From Verrucomicrobiota bacterium (GTDB lineage Bacteria > Verrucomicrobiota > Verrucomicrobiia > Limisphaerales > UBA9464): a stretch of 64,000 nt of DNA. Where the stretch lies: positions 1,376 through 65,375 of the forward strand of contig JBDNHZ010000185.1 in assembly GCA_041688515.1 (NCBI GenBank). Reading direction: 5' to 3'. The translations under genes were made by a program, and so were the position numbers. Below are positions 46,969 through 62,689 of this stretch, piece after piece. How positions within the stretch are numbered: the stretch's first letter is position 1; each line of letters opens with the position of its first letter. The notes under the pieces are model-generated. The model did not search any database. It had not been told where the DNA came from and worked only from the letters and a program-made list of their open reading frames with translations.

Positions 46969-48054
46969 ATGCGAAGGTCGGCAAGTCGACGAGGCGCCGT
47001 TGCATTCCTTCTCTGGGTCCTGAGCCTGGGGCGGGTGGGTGCCGTGGTGGTCTTCGGCCCCGGAGGAGCGGACCGCAACGCCAATGCCCCTACCGGGTCC
47101 TTGGCAGACTCAGGGTGGCAGTGGACCGGCCATTTCAATGCCTTCTGCGGAGTCCCGGTGGGTCGATCGTCCTTCCTCACCGCGGCACATATCGGCGGCC
47201 AGGTGGGCGACCGATTCGACTGGCGGGGTCGTTCCTACCGGACCGTCGGGTTCGAAACCGATTCGGCATCGGATCTTCGGCTCTGGCATGTGAGCGGCGA
47301 ATTCGAGGCTGCGGCCGCCGTCACCACTCAGGATCTCCGTGTCGGCGAGAGGGTGGTTCTCCTGGGTCGCGGCACCGAGCGTGGGACGCCCATCCTCGCG
47401 GATCGCGGCGACGACAGCCCGATGCTCGCGGGGTGGCGATGGGGGGCCCTGGACGGCCGACTCCGCTGGGGCACCAATGCGATCGCCCAACTGATCGACG
47501 GATCCGATATCGGGCTGTACGGACCGTTGGCCGGTTGCGCCTTCAATGGAGGTATCGGAAACGATGAAGCCTGCATTTCGCTGGGAGATTCGGGTGGCCC
47601 GATGTTCGTCCGCCGTGGCCAGGAGTGGCAACTCGCCGCCATCCATTTCGCGGTCGAGGCCGCTTTCAACACCAGCAATTCCGGGAACGGCGATAACGGC
47701 ACCTTGTTCGACTACCGCGGCCTGTATCATCGCTCGAACTCGACCTGGGAACTCGAACCCCCTGCAGGAGCTTCCCCGAAACCGTCCTCGTTCTTTTCCA
47801 CTCGAATCATGCCCCGCCGCGCCTGGCTGGATGCCGCCAACGCCAAGGCACCGACTGCACCCACCCTCGAACAGGCTGCGAGCCCGGAAGGACCCTTCAG
47901 ACCTGCAGTCGAAAGCGTCCATGATCCGGTGGCCCGCACCTTCACCGTGGACGCCTCGGGCGGCTCGACCTTTTTCCAACTCCGGGGGACCGCCGGATTG
48001 ATGGTCGTCCAGGTGCGACTCCAGTCCGGACAAGCGGTCATCCAGTACGACTGA
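46969..48054 (+). CDS. secreted trypsin-like (S1) serine protease
   Basis: N-terminal hydrophobic leader. Catalytic contexts FLTAAHIGG (His), SDLRLW (Asp) and SLGDSGGPMF (Ser). The C-terminal ~100 aa have no recognised motif. Confidence 0.8.
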   Translation: MRRSASRRGAVAFLLWVLSLGRVGAVVVFGPGGADRNANAPTGSLADSGWQWTGHFNAFCGVPVGRSSFLTAAHIGGQVGDRFDWRGRSYRTVGFETDSASDLRLWHVSGEFEAAAAVTTQDLRVGERVVLLGRGTERGTPILADRGDDSPMLAGWRWGALDGRLRWGTNAIAQLIDGSDIGLYGPLAGCAFNGGIGNDEACISLGDSGGPMFVRRGQEWQLAAIHFAVEAAFNTSNSGNGDNGTLFDYRGLYHRSNSTWELEPPAGASPKPSSFFSTRIMPRRAWLDAANAKAPTAPTLEQAASPEGPFRPAVESVHDPVARTFTVDASGGSTFFQLRGTAGLMVVQVRLQSGQAVIQYD

Positions 48055-49385
48055 TGAACCCAAAATCCCATCGCCCACGCCTCCACTGCGTCCTCCTGCT
48101 CATCGGCTGCCTCCTGCAAGGACTGGCTCAGAGGGCCGACGAAATCCGGTTCCCCGTGAGCTTCAATTCGATCTATCGGCTCGAAGGAACATCCGATGGG
48201 GGCGCATGGCACGTTCTCGAGCCCGCGATCCTGGGACGGGCCTCCGACTGGGTTCGGCCTCGGCGCGAACTGCCCGACGGCATCGGCGAGATTCGACTGG
48301 TCCCGGAGTTGGTCGCCGATCTCCGGCCCATGCTCGAAAAGCTACGGGAAAAATACCGTGTCCCCGCGCTCGGCGCCCTCCTGATTCGATCCAACCAAGT
48401 CATCGCAGCAGGCGTGGTGGGGATCCGGGTCGAGGGCACCGACGCACCCGCCATGTTGGGAGACACCTGGCATCACGGGTCACTGACCAAATCGATGACG
48501 GCGACCCTTGCTGCCACTTTGGTCGAAGAGGGGCGCCTCGCTTGGACAAATACGATGGGCGGAATCCTGGGGCCAAAGGTCCCTGGCATGCACCCCGATT
48601 GGAGGGACGTCACTCTGAGCCAACTCCTACGGCACCGCAGCGGCGCGCCCGATCAGGATTACCTGGTCCAAAAGAGCATCTGGCCAGCGATCTGGATAAA
48701 CCGGGGCCCAATCCAAGATCGGCGACTGCACTGGTTGACCGCCGTCACGACCAATGCGCCCGCTGCCAAGCCCGGCATGAGCTATATCTATTCGAACTCC
48801 GGATACGTCTTCGCCGGCATGATGCTGGAGGCCGTCACCGGAGAAACGTGGGAAGACCTGATGCGGGCACGGATCTTTCGCCCACTAGGCATGTCCACAG
48901 CCGGCTTTGGCCCACCAGGCGAACGTGGGCGAACCAACCAGCCCTGGGGTCACCAGTGGATCGCCGACAAACCCGTGGGCACGCCACCCGGTCGCTTCGC
49001 GGACAATCCAGCGGCCCTGGGACCTGCGGGAACGGTTCACGCTTCGCTGTTCGACCTAGCCAAGTACCTGATGTGCCACGCCCGCCAGGGCAACGGAGAA
49101 GGAGTGCGACTCCTTTCTCCCGAAACCTTCCACCGACTCCATGAGCCCGAGCCGGGGGAGACCTACGCCTTTGGCTGGTGGACCAGCCATCGGGCCTGGG
49201 CCGGAGGCAGCGTCCTGAACCACACGGGATCAAATACCCAGTGGTTCAGCAACGCCTGGATCGCACCGAAAAAACAGGCTGCCTTGATCGTGGTCACCAA
49301 CGTGGGCGACGGCCCCGCAAAAGCCGCCTTCGGCGTCACCGATGAAGTGTTGTCCCGGATGATTGCGAGTTACCTCGGTCGATGA
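48054..49385 (+). CDS. serine hydrolase of the beta-lactamase / PBP (class C-like) fold
   Basis: SxxK (HHGSLTKSMTA) and YxN (IYSNSGY). Signal-like N-terminus. ATG 48054 overlaps the preceding TGA (TGATG). Confidence 0.85.
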   Translation: MNPKSHRPRLHCVLLLIGCLLQGLAQRADEIRFPVSFNSIYRLEGTSDGGAWHVLEPAILGRASDWVRPRRELPDGIGEIRLVPELVADLRPMLEKLREKYRVPALGALLIRSNQVIAAGVVGIRVEGTDAPAMLGDTWHHGSLTKSMTATLAATLVEEGRLAWTNTMGGILGPKVPGMHPDWRDVTLSQLLRHRSGAPDQDYLVQKSIWPAIWINRGPIQDRRLHWLTAVTTNAPAAKPGMSYIYSNSGYVFAGMMLEAVTGETWEDLMRARIFRPLGMSTAGFGPPGERGRTNQPWGHQWIADKPVGTPPGRFADNPAALGPAGTVHASLFDLAKYLMCHARQGNGEGVRLLSPETFHRLHEPEPGETYAFGWWTSHRAWAGGSVLNHTGSNTQWFSNAWIAPKKQAALIVVTNVGDGPAKAAFGVTDEVLSRMIASYLGR

Positions 49386-52300
49386 ATGAATTCGTGGCAG
49401 CGAATCTGCTGCAAGGCTCTCATTCCACTTGTTTTCGGATTTAGTCTGGCCGGCGTCACTCCTCCACATTCCATGTCTATGCAACTCTTCCTTCTCCGAC
49501 TCCTGAAGGTCCTTGCGGCGCTGAGCTGCTCCGCGTTCGGGCGGGCCGCAATCGTCATCAATGAGATCCACCCGTCACCCGACGTGGCTCAGGAGCGGGT
49601 CGAATTCATCGAACTCTTCAATGACGACAACCAACCGGCCCAACTCGATGGCTGGCGCGTCACCCGCGGAATAGAGTTTATCTTTCCCACCGGAACCACC
49701 ATCGCTCCCAACGGATTCCTCGTTCTTGCTCAGGATCCGTCCGCCCTTGCCCTGAAATTCGGGCTCTCCGGGGCCGCGGGCCCTTGGACCGGTCGCTTGT
49801 CGGGACGAGGCGAGACAATCGAATTGATTCATTCCGACGGAACCGTGATCGACCGTGTGAACTTCGAATTAGGTTTCCCGTGGCCTACCGTGGGCGGCTC
49901 CTCTGGGAATTCGATGGAACTCATTCATCCCTCGCTCGACAACACCCTTGGCGGCAGCTGGCGGTCTTCGATCGCACCCGAATCTGGCCTCCCAGATCAA
50001 AGCCTGATCGAAGCCGCGTCATCCTGGCGCTACCTCAAGGGCTCTGCGGAGCCGTCCATGATCACCGGTGCGTGGCGATTGCCAGAATTCAACGACTCCG
50101 CCTGGACGGTCGGGCCCGGACCAGTCGGGTACGACCCCGATGTCCTCGGAGTCGCCACCACCGGGGGATCGCGCCTCACGGACATGCGTGGGAACTACAC
50201 CACGTTCTATCTGCGCCAAGATTTCAGCGCGGTCTCGCCGGAGACCTATGGCCGGATCCGTCTGGAAGCTTTGTTCGACGATGGTTTCAAGGCGTGGATC
50301 AACGGGCACCTCCTGTTCACCGACGCACTTCCGAACCCCGAAACGGCCTTCAACGCCACCAGCACCAGCGGGCGAGAGAACAATAGCTATCAGGTATTCG
50401 AAGCCACAATCCCCGTAGGGTTGCTCCGCCCGACCGGCAATATCCTGGCCGTCCAAGTCGCCAACTCCAGCCTGGGCGACAGCTCTGACTGCTTCTTCGA
50501 CTGTCGCTTGCGCCTGCTCGGAAATACCGCCGGACAAGGACCAACCCCCGGTCGAGTCAACCGGGCGTTTTCCACCAACGCGCCCCCAGCCCTGCGGCAG
50601 GTCGTCCATCAACCGAAATCGCCACGCTCTCAGCAAGCGGTCATCATTACTATCAAGGCCACCGATCCCGACGGAATCACATCGCTGGTCCTCGAGTACC
50701 AGGTGGTCAAACCCGGAGAGTATATCCGAGTTGACAGCCCCGGGTACGCCTCCAATTGGTCCACGGTACCCATGAACGATACCGCCGCTTCCCCCGACAC
50801 AATCGCCAACGATGGCATCTACAGTGCGCTTCTGCCGGGTGACATTCAGGAACATCGGAGTCTCGTTCGATACCGCATTCGGGCCACTGACTCCAAGGGT
50901 GCCACGGTCCAAGTCCCCTATTCCGATGACGATGCGAAAAACTTTGCCTACTTTGTTTACGATGGAGTCCCGGCCTGGAGTGGTGCGGTACGACCGGGCG
51001 TTCCCGGCGATCCCGGCAGGATGTTCACCGTCCAGACCAACGAAATGAACCGGTTGCCTGTCTACCATCTGCTCGCCCAGCGGAAGGACGTGGAGGATGC
51101 CACCTGGCGGGACCGAAGCCGCGGCGACGAGTACTTCTGGCGTGGGACGCTGGTCTACGAGGAGGAGGTATATGAAAACATCCGATTTCGCCCACGAGGG
51201 GGCGTCTGGCGATATGCAATGGGCAAAAACATGTGGAAATTCGACTTCACTCAGGGACACGACTTCCGCGGTCGCGACAACTGGGGCCGCCGCTTCAACG
51301 CCGATTGGACCAAACTCAATCTGGGTTCCGCCATCCAGCAGGGCGACTACCTGCATCGTGGAGAGCATGGAATGTTTGAAAGCGTCGGGTTCCGACTATT
51401 CCAACTCACAGGCGCTACAGGATGCGATACTGCCTACGTACAATTCCGAATCGTAGATGCCGTGGACGAAGCACCGGCGGGTGCCCAGTACGCTGGGGAC
51501 TTCTGGGGTGTTTATCTGGCCGTCGAGCAACCCGACGGACGCTATCTGGAATCCCACGGCCTCGCCGACGGAAATCTCTACAAAATGGAAGGTGGATTCG
51601 GAGACCCGAATAATCTGGGCCCTGACGGGCCTGTAGATTCCAGTGATCTCTCCACATTCATTACACAGTACAATGGGTCACCCTCAGAATCGTGGTGGAG
51701 TACGAATTTCAATCTGACCAGCTATTACAACTACCAAGCGATCGTACAGGCGATCCATCACTACGACATCGCAGACGGAAAGAATTACTACTACTACCGC
51801 AACCCTGAAACCAGACGCTGGCAAGTAGTGCCGTGGGACCTCGACCTCACCTGGTCGGACAATATGTATCGCGGAGGCCAAACCGGCGGAGATGATCCAT
51901 TCAAGAGTCGGGTATTGAACAATTTCAACTGGACCAATCCACGCCTTCCAAACATTGCCCTGGAGTTCCGGAATCGCGTTCGAGAGATCCGAGATCTGCT
52001 CTGGAACAGCGATGAAGCATTTCGACTGCTGGACGAACATTCGCGACTGCTTCGCGGCCCCAATCAGTGGAGTCTGATCGATGCCGATCGGGCTCAATGG
52101 GACTACAACCCGATCATGGCGGATGGCTCTTTGGTCAACACTTCAAAGGCAGGGCGAGGACGCTACTATCAATCTGGCGTTGGAACCAGGGACTTTTCCG
52201 GGATGGTCGCAAAGATGCGCAACTACGTGACCTACCGCGCATCCAATGCCGTCTTTTCTCTGGATACCATGGCCGCGGAATCAACCCGACCTCAGACTCC

Positions 52301-53342
52301 TATGATTGCCTATTCCGGTGCCGAAGGCCAGCCGGTGGATCAGTTAAAGTTCACCGTCTCCCCCTATTCTGGGGCCAGCGCACGCGCTGCGGTGCGCTGG
52401 CGCATCGCCGAGATCTCGCGACCCGGGCATCCGGCCTATGACCCGACCAAACCCCTGCCCTATGAAATTCAAGCGACAGTTGAATCCGGCAATTTACCAC
52501 CGACGACTGCCACATGGGTGCCGCCTACCGGAAACCTTAGAACAGGACGACTCTACCGAGCTAGAGCCCAGTTTCTCGATATCGTTGGAAGAACAAGCAA
52601 TTGGTCGTTGCCAGTGGAATTTACCGCAGGTGAACCGATGGAAGCATCGAATCTGACAACTGACCTGAAGGTTACAGAGCTCATGTACAACCCGCCCGAG
52701 GATGGATTTGAATTTCTGGAGCTTCACAATGCTCATCCCTACCGCCGTTTGGATTTGTCCGGATCCCGGTTTACTTCGGGAGTCAGCTTTGAGTTCCCGT
52801 CCGGAACAATCTTGGAGCCTGGTGAGTATGCGCTGCTGCTGCGGACGACGAATTCAGCCGCCTTTCGGCTGGCCTACCAGCTCCCGGAGTCTATCAGAAT
52901 TCTTGGAACCTATTCCGGAGCTCTGGCCAATGGGGGTGAGACATTGACGATTCGAGCCGCCGCTGGTTCAACGAACCAGGTTACTCTCACCTATTCGAGC
53001 GCGCCACCCTGGCCAGCCAATGCCAATGGAAATGGCTGGTCTCTGGTCCCACTCGAAGCCGGCTCCGGCACACCATCCGAACCGAACTTCTGGCGGGCGA
53101 GCTTCGGTCGAGGCGGATCTCCAGGCGGACCCGATTCACTCACGATTTCCGCTATCCGCCGTGTTCCTGGTGGCCTCGAACTCCGGTTCAACAGTATCGA
53201 TCCCGGAGTCCGAACTTGGGTGTCCCAAGATCTCCTTATATGGTCCCAATTGGACGGCATTGCCGGGCCCGGCCGGGTCATGATTCCTGACCGCCTCGAC
53301 GGGGCTTCCGGATTTGTCCGACTCCAACTGGATGTTCGATGA
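49386..53342 (+). CDS. large secreted LTD - CotH kinase-family - LTD multidomain protein
   Basis: Lamin-tail domains at both ends (IVINEIHPSPD..VEFIELFN; KVTELMYNPPEDGFEFLELHN). Central CotH-like region (GDYLHRGEHGMFESVGFRLF...GNLYKMEGGFGD...HHYDIADGKNYYYYRNPETRRWQVVPWDLDLTW). ATG 49386 follows the previous TGA with no gap. An internal start at 49473/49479 (MSMQLFLLRLLKVLAALSCSAFG) would give a cleaner signal peptide. Confidence 0.85.
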   Translation: MNSWQRICCKALIPLVFGFSLAGVTPPHSMSMQLFLLRLLKVLAALSCSAFGRAAIVINEIHPSPDVAQERVEFIELFNDDNQPAQLDGWRVTRGIEFIFPTGTTIAPNGFLVLAQDPSALALKFGLSGAAGPWTGRLSGRGETIELIHSDGTVIDRVNFELGFPWPTVGGSSGNSMELIHPSLDNTLGGSWRSSIAPESGLPDQSLIEAASSWRYLKGSAEPSMITGAWRLPEFNDSAWTVGPGPVGYDPDVLGVATTGGSRLTDMRGNYTTFYLRQDFSAVSPETYGRIRLEALFDDGFKAWINGHLLFTDALPNPETAFNATSTSGRENNSYQVFEATIPVGLLRPTGNILAVQVANSSLGDSSDCFFDCRLRLLGNTAGQGPTPGRVNRAFSTNAPPALRQVVHQPKSPRSQQAVIITIKATDPDGITSLVLEYQVVKPGEYIRVDSPGYASNWSTVPMNDTAASPDTIANDGIYSALLPGDIQEHRSLVRYRIRATDSKGATVQVPYSDDDAKNFAYFVYDGVPAWSGAVRPGVPGDPGRMFTVQTNEMNRLPVYHLLAQRKDVEDATWRDRSRGDEYFWRGTLVYEEEVYENIRFRPRGGVWRYAMGKNMWKFDFTQGHDFRGRDNWGRRFNADWTKLNLGSAIQQGDYLHRGEHGMFESVGFRLFQLTGATGCDTAYVQFRIVDAVDEAPAGAQYAGDFWGVYLAVEQPDGRYLESHGLADGNLYKMEGGFGDPNNLGPDGPVDSSDLSTFITQYNGSPSESWWSTNFNLTSYYNYQAIVQAIHHYDIADGKNYYYYRNPETRRWQVVPWDLDLTWSDNMYRGGQTGGDDPFKSRVLNNFNWTNPRLPNIALEFRNRVREIRDLLWNSDEAFRLLDEHSRLLRGPNQWSLIDADRAQWDYNPIMADGSLVNTSKAGRGRYYQSGVGTRDFSGMVAKMRNYVTYRASNAVFSLDTMAAESTRPQTPMIAYSGAEGQPVDQLKFTVSPYSGASARAAVRWRIAEISRPGHPAYDPTKPLPYEIQATVESGNLPPTTATWVPPTGNLRTGRLYRARAQFLDIVGRTSNWSLPVEFTAGEPMEASNLTTDLKVTELMYNPPEDGFEFLELHNAHPYRRLDLSGSRFTSGVSFEFPSGTILEPGEYALLLRTTNSAAFRLAYQLPESIRILGTYSGALANGGETLTIRAAAGSTNQVTLTYSSAPPWPANANGNGWSLVPLEAGSGTPSEPNFWRASFGRGGSPGGPDSLTISAIRRVPGGLELRFNSIDPGVRTWVSQDLLIWSQLDGIAGPGRVMIPDRLDGASGFVRLQLDVR

Positions 53343-53366
53343 CTGGATCTGGACGGGTTCCAGAAA

Positions 53367-54308
53367 CTACGCGCAAGGCGATTCCAATAGCCGGAAGTCG
53401 CCATGGTCGGCATCCAACCGCGCCATTACTCCCCATGGCAGACTCCGCTTTCGCACTTCGTGCCCATAGGCGTAGCTGCGAACACAAGGCACCCGGAGAT
53501 CCTCCAAGAGCTCACGGAGGATTGTCGGGAGGTCATGAAACGACTTTTCCGGGTCGGCCGGTCTGCACTCGGTGAATTGCCCAAGCACCAATCCCGCGAT
53601 TTCTCCAAGCACTCCAGAAAGGCGCAACTGCACGATCATTCGATCCAATCGGTGTAAATGCTCATGGATGTCTTCCAGCACCAAGATCGCTCCGCGGAGA
53701 TCGGGGAGATAGGGAGTTCCAAACAGCGACATCACCAACGAGAAGCATCCCCCCATTAGACGTCCCTCCGCGACGCCTCCCTGAATCGGGATCCAGGGAG
53801 AATCCGCTGGATTGGAAAGCTCCAGGCCAGCTTCGTCCCCCGTCACCAAGGACCAGAAGTGCCGATCGGTAAATGGATCCGGCACACCACGGAACTCCAC
53901 ACCGGCCATGGGCCCCGATACCGTTTCCACTCCCGCCTTAGCCATCATCCCCATCTGGAGGGCCGTGAGGTCGCTGTAGCCCACCACCCATTTCGGATCC
54001 GATCGGATAGCGCTGTAGTCAACTCCAGGTAGCAGGCGCCCGCATCCGTACCCTCCACGGACTGCCATGAGCATTCGAATTTCCGGATCCCGAAGGAACG
54101 CGTTCAGATCCGCCAAGCGCTCCTGATCGGTACCTGCAAAGGTACCATGGCTCGATCGAACATGAGCCCCCAGACGCACGCGATACCCCCTGGCCTCTAG
54201 GGCTCGGGCTCCAAAGTCGATCCGATCCGCAGGGACAGGCGCGCCCGCAGGACAAAAGAGTCCGATCGTCTGCCCTGACTGCAAGGCCTGCGGCTTGAGC
54301 AACGTCAC
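53367..54308 (-). CDS. LD-carboxypeptidase (peptidase S66, LdcA-like)
   Basis: GQTIGLFCPAG, GTFAGTDQERLADLNAFLRDPEIRMLMAVRGGYG, VVGYSDLTAL (nucleophile Ser context), and a C-terminal YGHE. Confidence 0.85.
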   Translation of the reverse strand: MTLLKPQALQSGQTIGLFCPAGAPVPADRIDFGARALEARGYRVRLGAHVRSSHGTFAGTDQERLADLNAFLRDPEIRMLMAVRGGYGCGRLLPGVDYSAIRSDPKWVVGYSDLTALQMGMMAKAGVETVSGPMAGVEFRGVPDPFTDRHFWSLVTGDEAGLELSNPADSPWIPIQGGVAEGRLMGGCFSLVMSLFGTPYLPDLRGAILVLEDIHEHLHRLDRMIVQLRLSGVLGEIAGLVLGQFTECRPADPEKSFHDLPTILRELLEDLRVPCVRSYAYGHEVRKRSLPWGVMARLDADHGDFRLLESPCA

Positions 54309-54367
54309 TCGGACATACTGGCCTTACGACCGGTTCAAGTCATCTGTGAAGCAGGACACCGATTGAC

Positions 54368-54396
54368 GAAAAAGGGGCGCCCTGGAGGGCGCCCCT
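54368..54396 (-). terminator. Rho-independent terminator downstream of rpoC
   Basis: The minus strand reads aggggcgccc-tcca-gggcgcccct (10-bp GC stem) followed by ttttcg (with the stem's terminal t this reads tttttcg). It lies 27 nt after the rpoC stop. Confidence 0.8.
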
Positions 54397-54422
54397 GTTG
54401 GCTTAGGTCGATGTATTTTAGA

Positions 54423-57400
54423 TCAGCCCAGCAAAGGCGCTGCCGACGAATCATCGCCGTCTGGCAGATCGAAGCCGGGCGCCTCCTCTACCGGTACATC
54501 GACCAACGTGCGGACATCCATCTCGCGATGGCCACCGTAACCGGTCCCCGCAGGAATGATGTGTCCCATGATGACGTTCTCCTTGAAACCACGGAGTCCG
54601 TCGCTCTTGCCGAGGGTCGCGGCTTCCGTGAGGACACGGGTCGTATCCTGGAAAGAAGCCGCGCTGAGGAACGACTCGGTCTCCAAGGAGGCCTTGGTAA
54701 TGCCCAGAAGAACTGGAACACCTTCAGCCGGCTTGCCACCGATCTTCTCGATCCTCTGGTTCTCGTCTTCGAAGGAGACCTTGTCGATCTGTTCGCCCCA
54801 AAGGAAAATGGTGTCACCAGGCTCGGTAATGCGCACCTTTTTCAGCATCTGGCGGATGATGATCTCAATGTGCTTGTCGTTGATCGTGACGCCCTGAAGT
54901 CGATAAACCTCCTGAATCTCGTTCACGAGGTGTTCCTGCAACTCCTGCGGTCCGCAGACGTCGAGGATCTCGTGCGGGACGACCGGTCCATCGGTCAACT
55001 GCTGTCCCTTCTTCACGAAGTCGCCCTTGTAAACGATGATGTGTTTGCCGATCGGGATAAGATGTTCCTCTTCCTGAGCGGTCTGGGGATCGCGAACCAC
55101 GACGCAACGCTTTCCGCGAACGCTCGCGCCGAAATCGACGACGCCGTCAATCTTCGCAATCTCAGCGGCATCCTTTGGACGACGCGCCTCGAACAACTCG
55201 GCCACACGCGGAAGACCGCCGGTGATGTCCTTCGTCTTCGAAGCCTTGCGCGGCGTCTTGGCCACAAGCGCGCCGGCATTGATCTCATCGCCCTCGGCAA
55301 CGACCAGATGCGCTCCAGCCGGAATCGGGTACTGAGCCACCGGCTCTCCCCGCTGGTCTTCCAGGATGATCGTCGGGTGCAAATCCTCCTTGTGGTCAAT
55401 GATGACCATGTCCTCTGTTCCGGTGGCCTCGTCGACCTCCTGCTTCATCGTGACCCCTTCGATGATGTCGATAAACTTGACCCGGCCACCCTTCTCGGAG
55501 ATCACCGGCACGTTGTACGCATCCCACTCGACAAAAACCTCGTTCTTCTTCACCTGACCGCCATCGGGAATGGAGATCACGGAGCCGATGACAATGGAAT
55601 GGGTTTCCAGTTCCTTGCCCTCGGGAGAAAAGATCGACAGCGTGCCGTTCTTGTTGAGGACAATGTTGTTGCCGTCTTCCAGCGAAACATAGCGAAGCTC
55701 GTTGTACCGGACGGTCCCGTCATGCTTGGTTTTGATCTGCGGCTGCTTGTAGGTCTGTGACGCTACACCACCAACGTGGAAGGTACGCATCGTCAACTGA
55801 GTGCCGGGCTCGCCGATCGATTGCGCGGCAATAATGCCGACCGCTTCGCCCAGTTTCACAATCCGACCCGTCGCCAGATTGCGGCCGTAGCACTTGGCAC
55901 AAACGCCGTGCTTGGTTTCGCAGGTCAGCGCTGACCGGATCTTTACCCGTTCGATACTGGCCCGCTCGATCCCCTTCGAGGTATGCTCGTCGAATTCCTC
56001 GCCAGCCCCGATCACCTTGTGCTTTAGGTCCGCCGGGTCATGGATATCCTCGGCGGAGTAGCGTCCAAAAATTCGCTCACTGATCTTTACCACCTCTTCC
56101 TCACCCTCGTAAATCGAGACGACGGAGATGCCATTGGTCGTTCCGCAATCGAGCTGCCGGACGATCACATCCTGCGCAGCATCGACGAGCTTCCGGGTCA
56201 TATAACCAGAATCAGCGGTTTTCAATGCAGTATCAGCGAGACCCTTTCGGGCACCGTGCGTCGAAATGAAGTATTCCAGCACGGTCAAACCCTCGCGGAA
56301 GCTTGAAAGAATCGGCTTCTCGATGATTTCGCCGCTTGGCTTGGCCATCAGACCGCGGAGGCCAGCCAACTGTCGTACCTGCGCCTTGTTGCCTCGGGCA
56401 CCGGAATCCACCATCAGATGAACCGGGTTGAACTCCTTCTTGCCCTGATTGTGCTGGAGGGTCTTGAGCATCACGGCACCAATCTGATCGGTGCAGTGCG
56501 TCCAGATGTCGATGACCTTGTTGTAGCGCTCCTGATTGGTGATGACGCCCTTGCGGTGCTGCTTGTCTACTTCGGAGATCTGCTTCAAGGCGTTTTCGAT
56601 CTCCTTCTCCTTCTCGATCGGAACGATCATGTCATCGATGCCGATGGAAACACCGGCACGTGTCGCCTCGCGGAATCCAACTTCCTTCAACTTGTCAAGC
56701 GTGTGGACCGTGCGCTCCTGACCGCAGTACTTATAACAGTTGAAAATAACATCCCCAAGCTGGCTCTTGCCAATCGGTTTGTTGATGAACCCGAGCTCTC
56801 CCGGCCAAATCTCTGAGAACAATACGCGACCGACCGTAGTCTCAATCAGCTTGGAATGCGCGTCACCGTATTTGGTTTCCCTACCCAGGTCGGGATTGAG
56901 GAGATGGATCCGGTCGTGGGTGCGAAGCGCCCCGTCGTTGTGAGCGAAGATGGCCTCCATCTTTGTCCCGAAGAGCATCAGACGCTCTTTCTCCTTTCGG
57001 GCTTTGCGAGGTTCCGCGGTCAGGTAGTAACACCCAAGGGTGATATCCTGCGTCGGCGTCATGATCGGCTTTCCGCTTGAAGGACTGAAAATATTCAGCG
57101 GAGCCATCATGAGGAGTCGCGCCTCCAATTGGGCTTCCACCGACAACGGCACATGAACAGCCATCTGGTCACCATCGAAGTCGGCATTGTACGCGGTACA
57201 CACCAACGGATGAATCCGGATGGCTTCACCCTCAATCAGGACGGGCTCGAAGGCCTGAATGGAAAGACGATGCAAGGTTGGCGCTCGATTGAGCAGAACC
57301 GGATGTCCCTTGGTTACCTCTTCAAGGATGTCCCAAACCTCAGGTGACTGACGCTCGATCATCTTCTTGGCCGAGCGAACCGTGTGGACGTATCCAAGTT

Positions 57401-58571
57401 CCTTCAGTCGCCGAATAATGAACGGTTCGAAGAGAACCAACGCCATCTTCTTGGGAAGACCGCACTGGTTCAGCTTGAGTTCAGGGCCGATGACGATGAC
57501 CGAACGGCCTGAGTAGTCGACCCGCTTCCCGAGCAGGTTTTGGCGGAATCGGCCCGACTTGCCCTTGAGCATGTCGGAGAGCGACTTCAAAGCCCGGTTG
57601 CCCGCGCCGGTAACCGCCCGGCCATGGCGACCATTGTCGAACAACGCATCGACGGCCTCCTGAAGCATTCGCTTCTCGTTCCGAATAATGACCTCGGGAG
57701 TCTTCAACTGGAGCAAGTTCTTCAGCCGGTTGTTCCGGTTGATTACCCGACGATAGAGATCGTTCAGGTCGGACGTGGCGAACCGTCCGCCCTCAAGGGG
57801 CACCAAAGGACGTAAGTCAGGCGGGATCACCGGCAGGACCGTGAGAATCATCCATTCAGGCCGCATCTTGGACTTGGAGAAGCCCTGAAACAGCTTGATG
57901 CGCTTGGCGATCTTTTTGCGGTTCTGCTTGGACTTCGTCTCCTGCATCGCAATCTGAAGCTCTTCAATCGTCTTCTCCAGATTGATCTTGCAGAGAGCAT
58001 CACGAACCGCTTCGGCTCCCATCTTGGCCGAGAAGGCCTCGGTTCCATAAGTCTGCCGTGCCTCACGGTACTCGTGCTCGGACAGAAGTTGGTTCTCTTT
58101 GAGCGGAGTGTTGCCGGGATCAATGACGAGGTAATCCTCGTAGTAGATGACCCGCTCGAGGTTCCGCGCCGTCATGTCCAGCATGAGGCCGATCCTCGAC
58201 GGCATACACTTAAAGAACCAGATGTGAGACACCGGCACCGCGAGCTCTATGTGGCCCATCCGCTCCCGGCGAACCCGTGCCAACGTCACCTCGACACCGC
58301 ATCGGTCGCAAACGACCCCGCGGTGCTTGATCCGCTTGTACTTTCCGCATGAGCACTCCCAGTCCTTGACCGGACCGAAAATGCGCTCGCAGAACAAACC
58401 ACCCTTTTCGGGCTTGAAGGTACGGTAATTGATTGTCTCCGGGTTCTTCACCTCTCCCTTTGACCAGGATCGGATGATTTCCGGCGATGCAACGTGGATC
58501 GCTACATGATCCACCAGATTGACCTTGTCGAGGCCCAGCAACTCGCGGGCGGTGTCCTTGGAAGGAAGCAT
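54423..58571 (-). CDS. rpoC: DNA-directed RNA polymerase subunit beta'
   Basis: Zn-ribbon [23 protein letters not shown], catalytic [13 protein letters not shown], trigger-loop region, and so on. Start set at internal ATG 58571 ([13 protein letters not shown]), since the ORF-track start overlaps rpoB. Confidence 0.97.
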   Translation of the reverse strand: MLPSKDTARELLGLDKVNLVDHVAIHVASPEIIRSWSKGEVKNPETINYRTFKPEKGGLFCERIFGPVKDWECSCGKYKRIKHRGVVCDRCGVEVTLARVRRERMGHIELAVPVSHIWFFKCMPSRIGLMLDMTARNLERVIYYEDYLVIDPGNTPLKENQLLSEHEYREARQTYGTEAFSAKMGAEAVRDALCKINLEKTIEELQIAMQETKSKQNRKKIAKRIKLFQGFSKSKMRPEWMILTVLPVIPPDLRPLVPLEGGRFATSDLNDLYRRVINRNNRLKNLLQLKTPEVIIRNEKRMLQEAVDALFDNGRHGRAVTGAGNRALKSLSDMLKGKSGRFRQNLLGKRVDYSGRSVIVIGPELKLNQCGLPKKMALVLFEPFIIRRLKELGYVHTVRSAKKMIERQSPEVWDILEEVTKGHPVLLNRAPTLHRLSIQAFEPVLIEGEAIRIHPLVCTAYNADFDGDQMAVHVPLSVEAQLEARLLMMAPLNIFSPSSGKPIMTPTQDITLGCYYLTAEPRKARKEKERLMLFGTKMEAIFAHNDGALRTHDRIHLLNPDLGRETKYGDAHSKLIETTVGRVLFSEIWPGELGFINKPIGKSQLGDVIFNCYKYCGQERTVHTLDKLKEVGFREATRAGVSIGIDDMIVPIEKEKEIENALKQISEVDKQHRKGVITNQERYNKVIDIWTHCTDQIGAVMLKTLQHNQGKKEFNPVHLMVDSGARGNKAQVRQLAGLRGLMAKPSGEIIEKPILSSFREGLTVLEYFISTHGARKGLADTALKTADSGYMTRKLVDAAQDVIVRQLDCGTTNGISVVSIYEGEEEVVKISERIFGRYSAEDIHDPADLKHKVIGAGEEFDEHTSKGIERASIERVKIRSALTCETKHGVCAKCYGRNLATGRIVKLGEAVGIIAAQSIGEPGTQLTMRTFHVGGVASQTYKQPQIKTKHDGTVRYNELRYVSLEDGNNIVLNKNGTLSIFSPEGKELETHSIVIGSVISIPDGGQVKKNEVFVEWDAYNVPVISEKGGRVKFIDIIEGVTMKQEVDEATGTEDMVIIDHKEDLHPTIILEDQRGEPVAQYPIPAGAHLVVAEGDEINAGALVAKTPRKASKTKDITGGLPRVAELFEARRPKDAAEIAKIDGVVDFGASVRGKRCVVVRDPQTAQEEEHLIPIGKHIIVYKGDFVKKGQQLTDGPVVPHEILDVCGPQELQEHLVNEIQEVYRLQGVTINDKHIEIIIRQMLKKVRITEPGDTIFLWGEQIDKVSFEDENQRIEKIGGKPAEGVPVLLGITKASLETESFLSAASFQDTTRVLTEAATLGKSDGLRGFKENVIMGHIIPAGTGYGGHREMDVRTLVDVPVEEAPGFDLPDGDDSSAAPLLG

Positions 58572-58614
58572 ATCTTTAAGGTTCAGCAGGACGATTCTGT
58601 GGGTGGATTGAGGA

Positions 58615-62514
<3,900 letters not shown>

Positions 62515-62689
62515 TGCGACCTCGTGTTCAATTTGCGCCCGCCTCACGGCGGGAGCGTGTCGAGTGAAAAGACAATACGACGAGTTCTAGCGCATCGGGT
62601 ACATACTCCGTGCGCCAGAACTCGTCAGACTGGCATGCCTACTAAACTTCGGTTGATAATACGAGCAGAAATCCGTTTGCCAAATCAAG

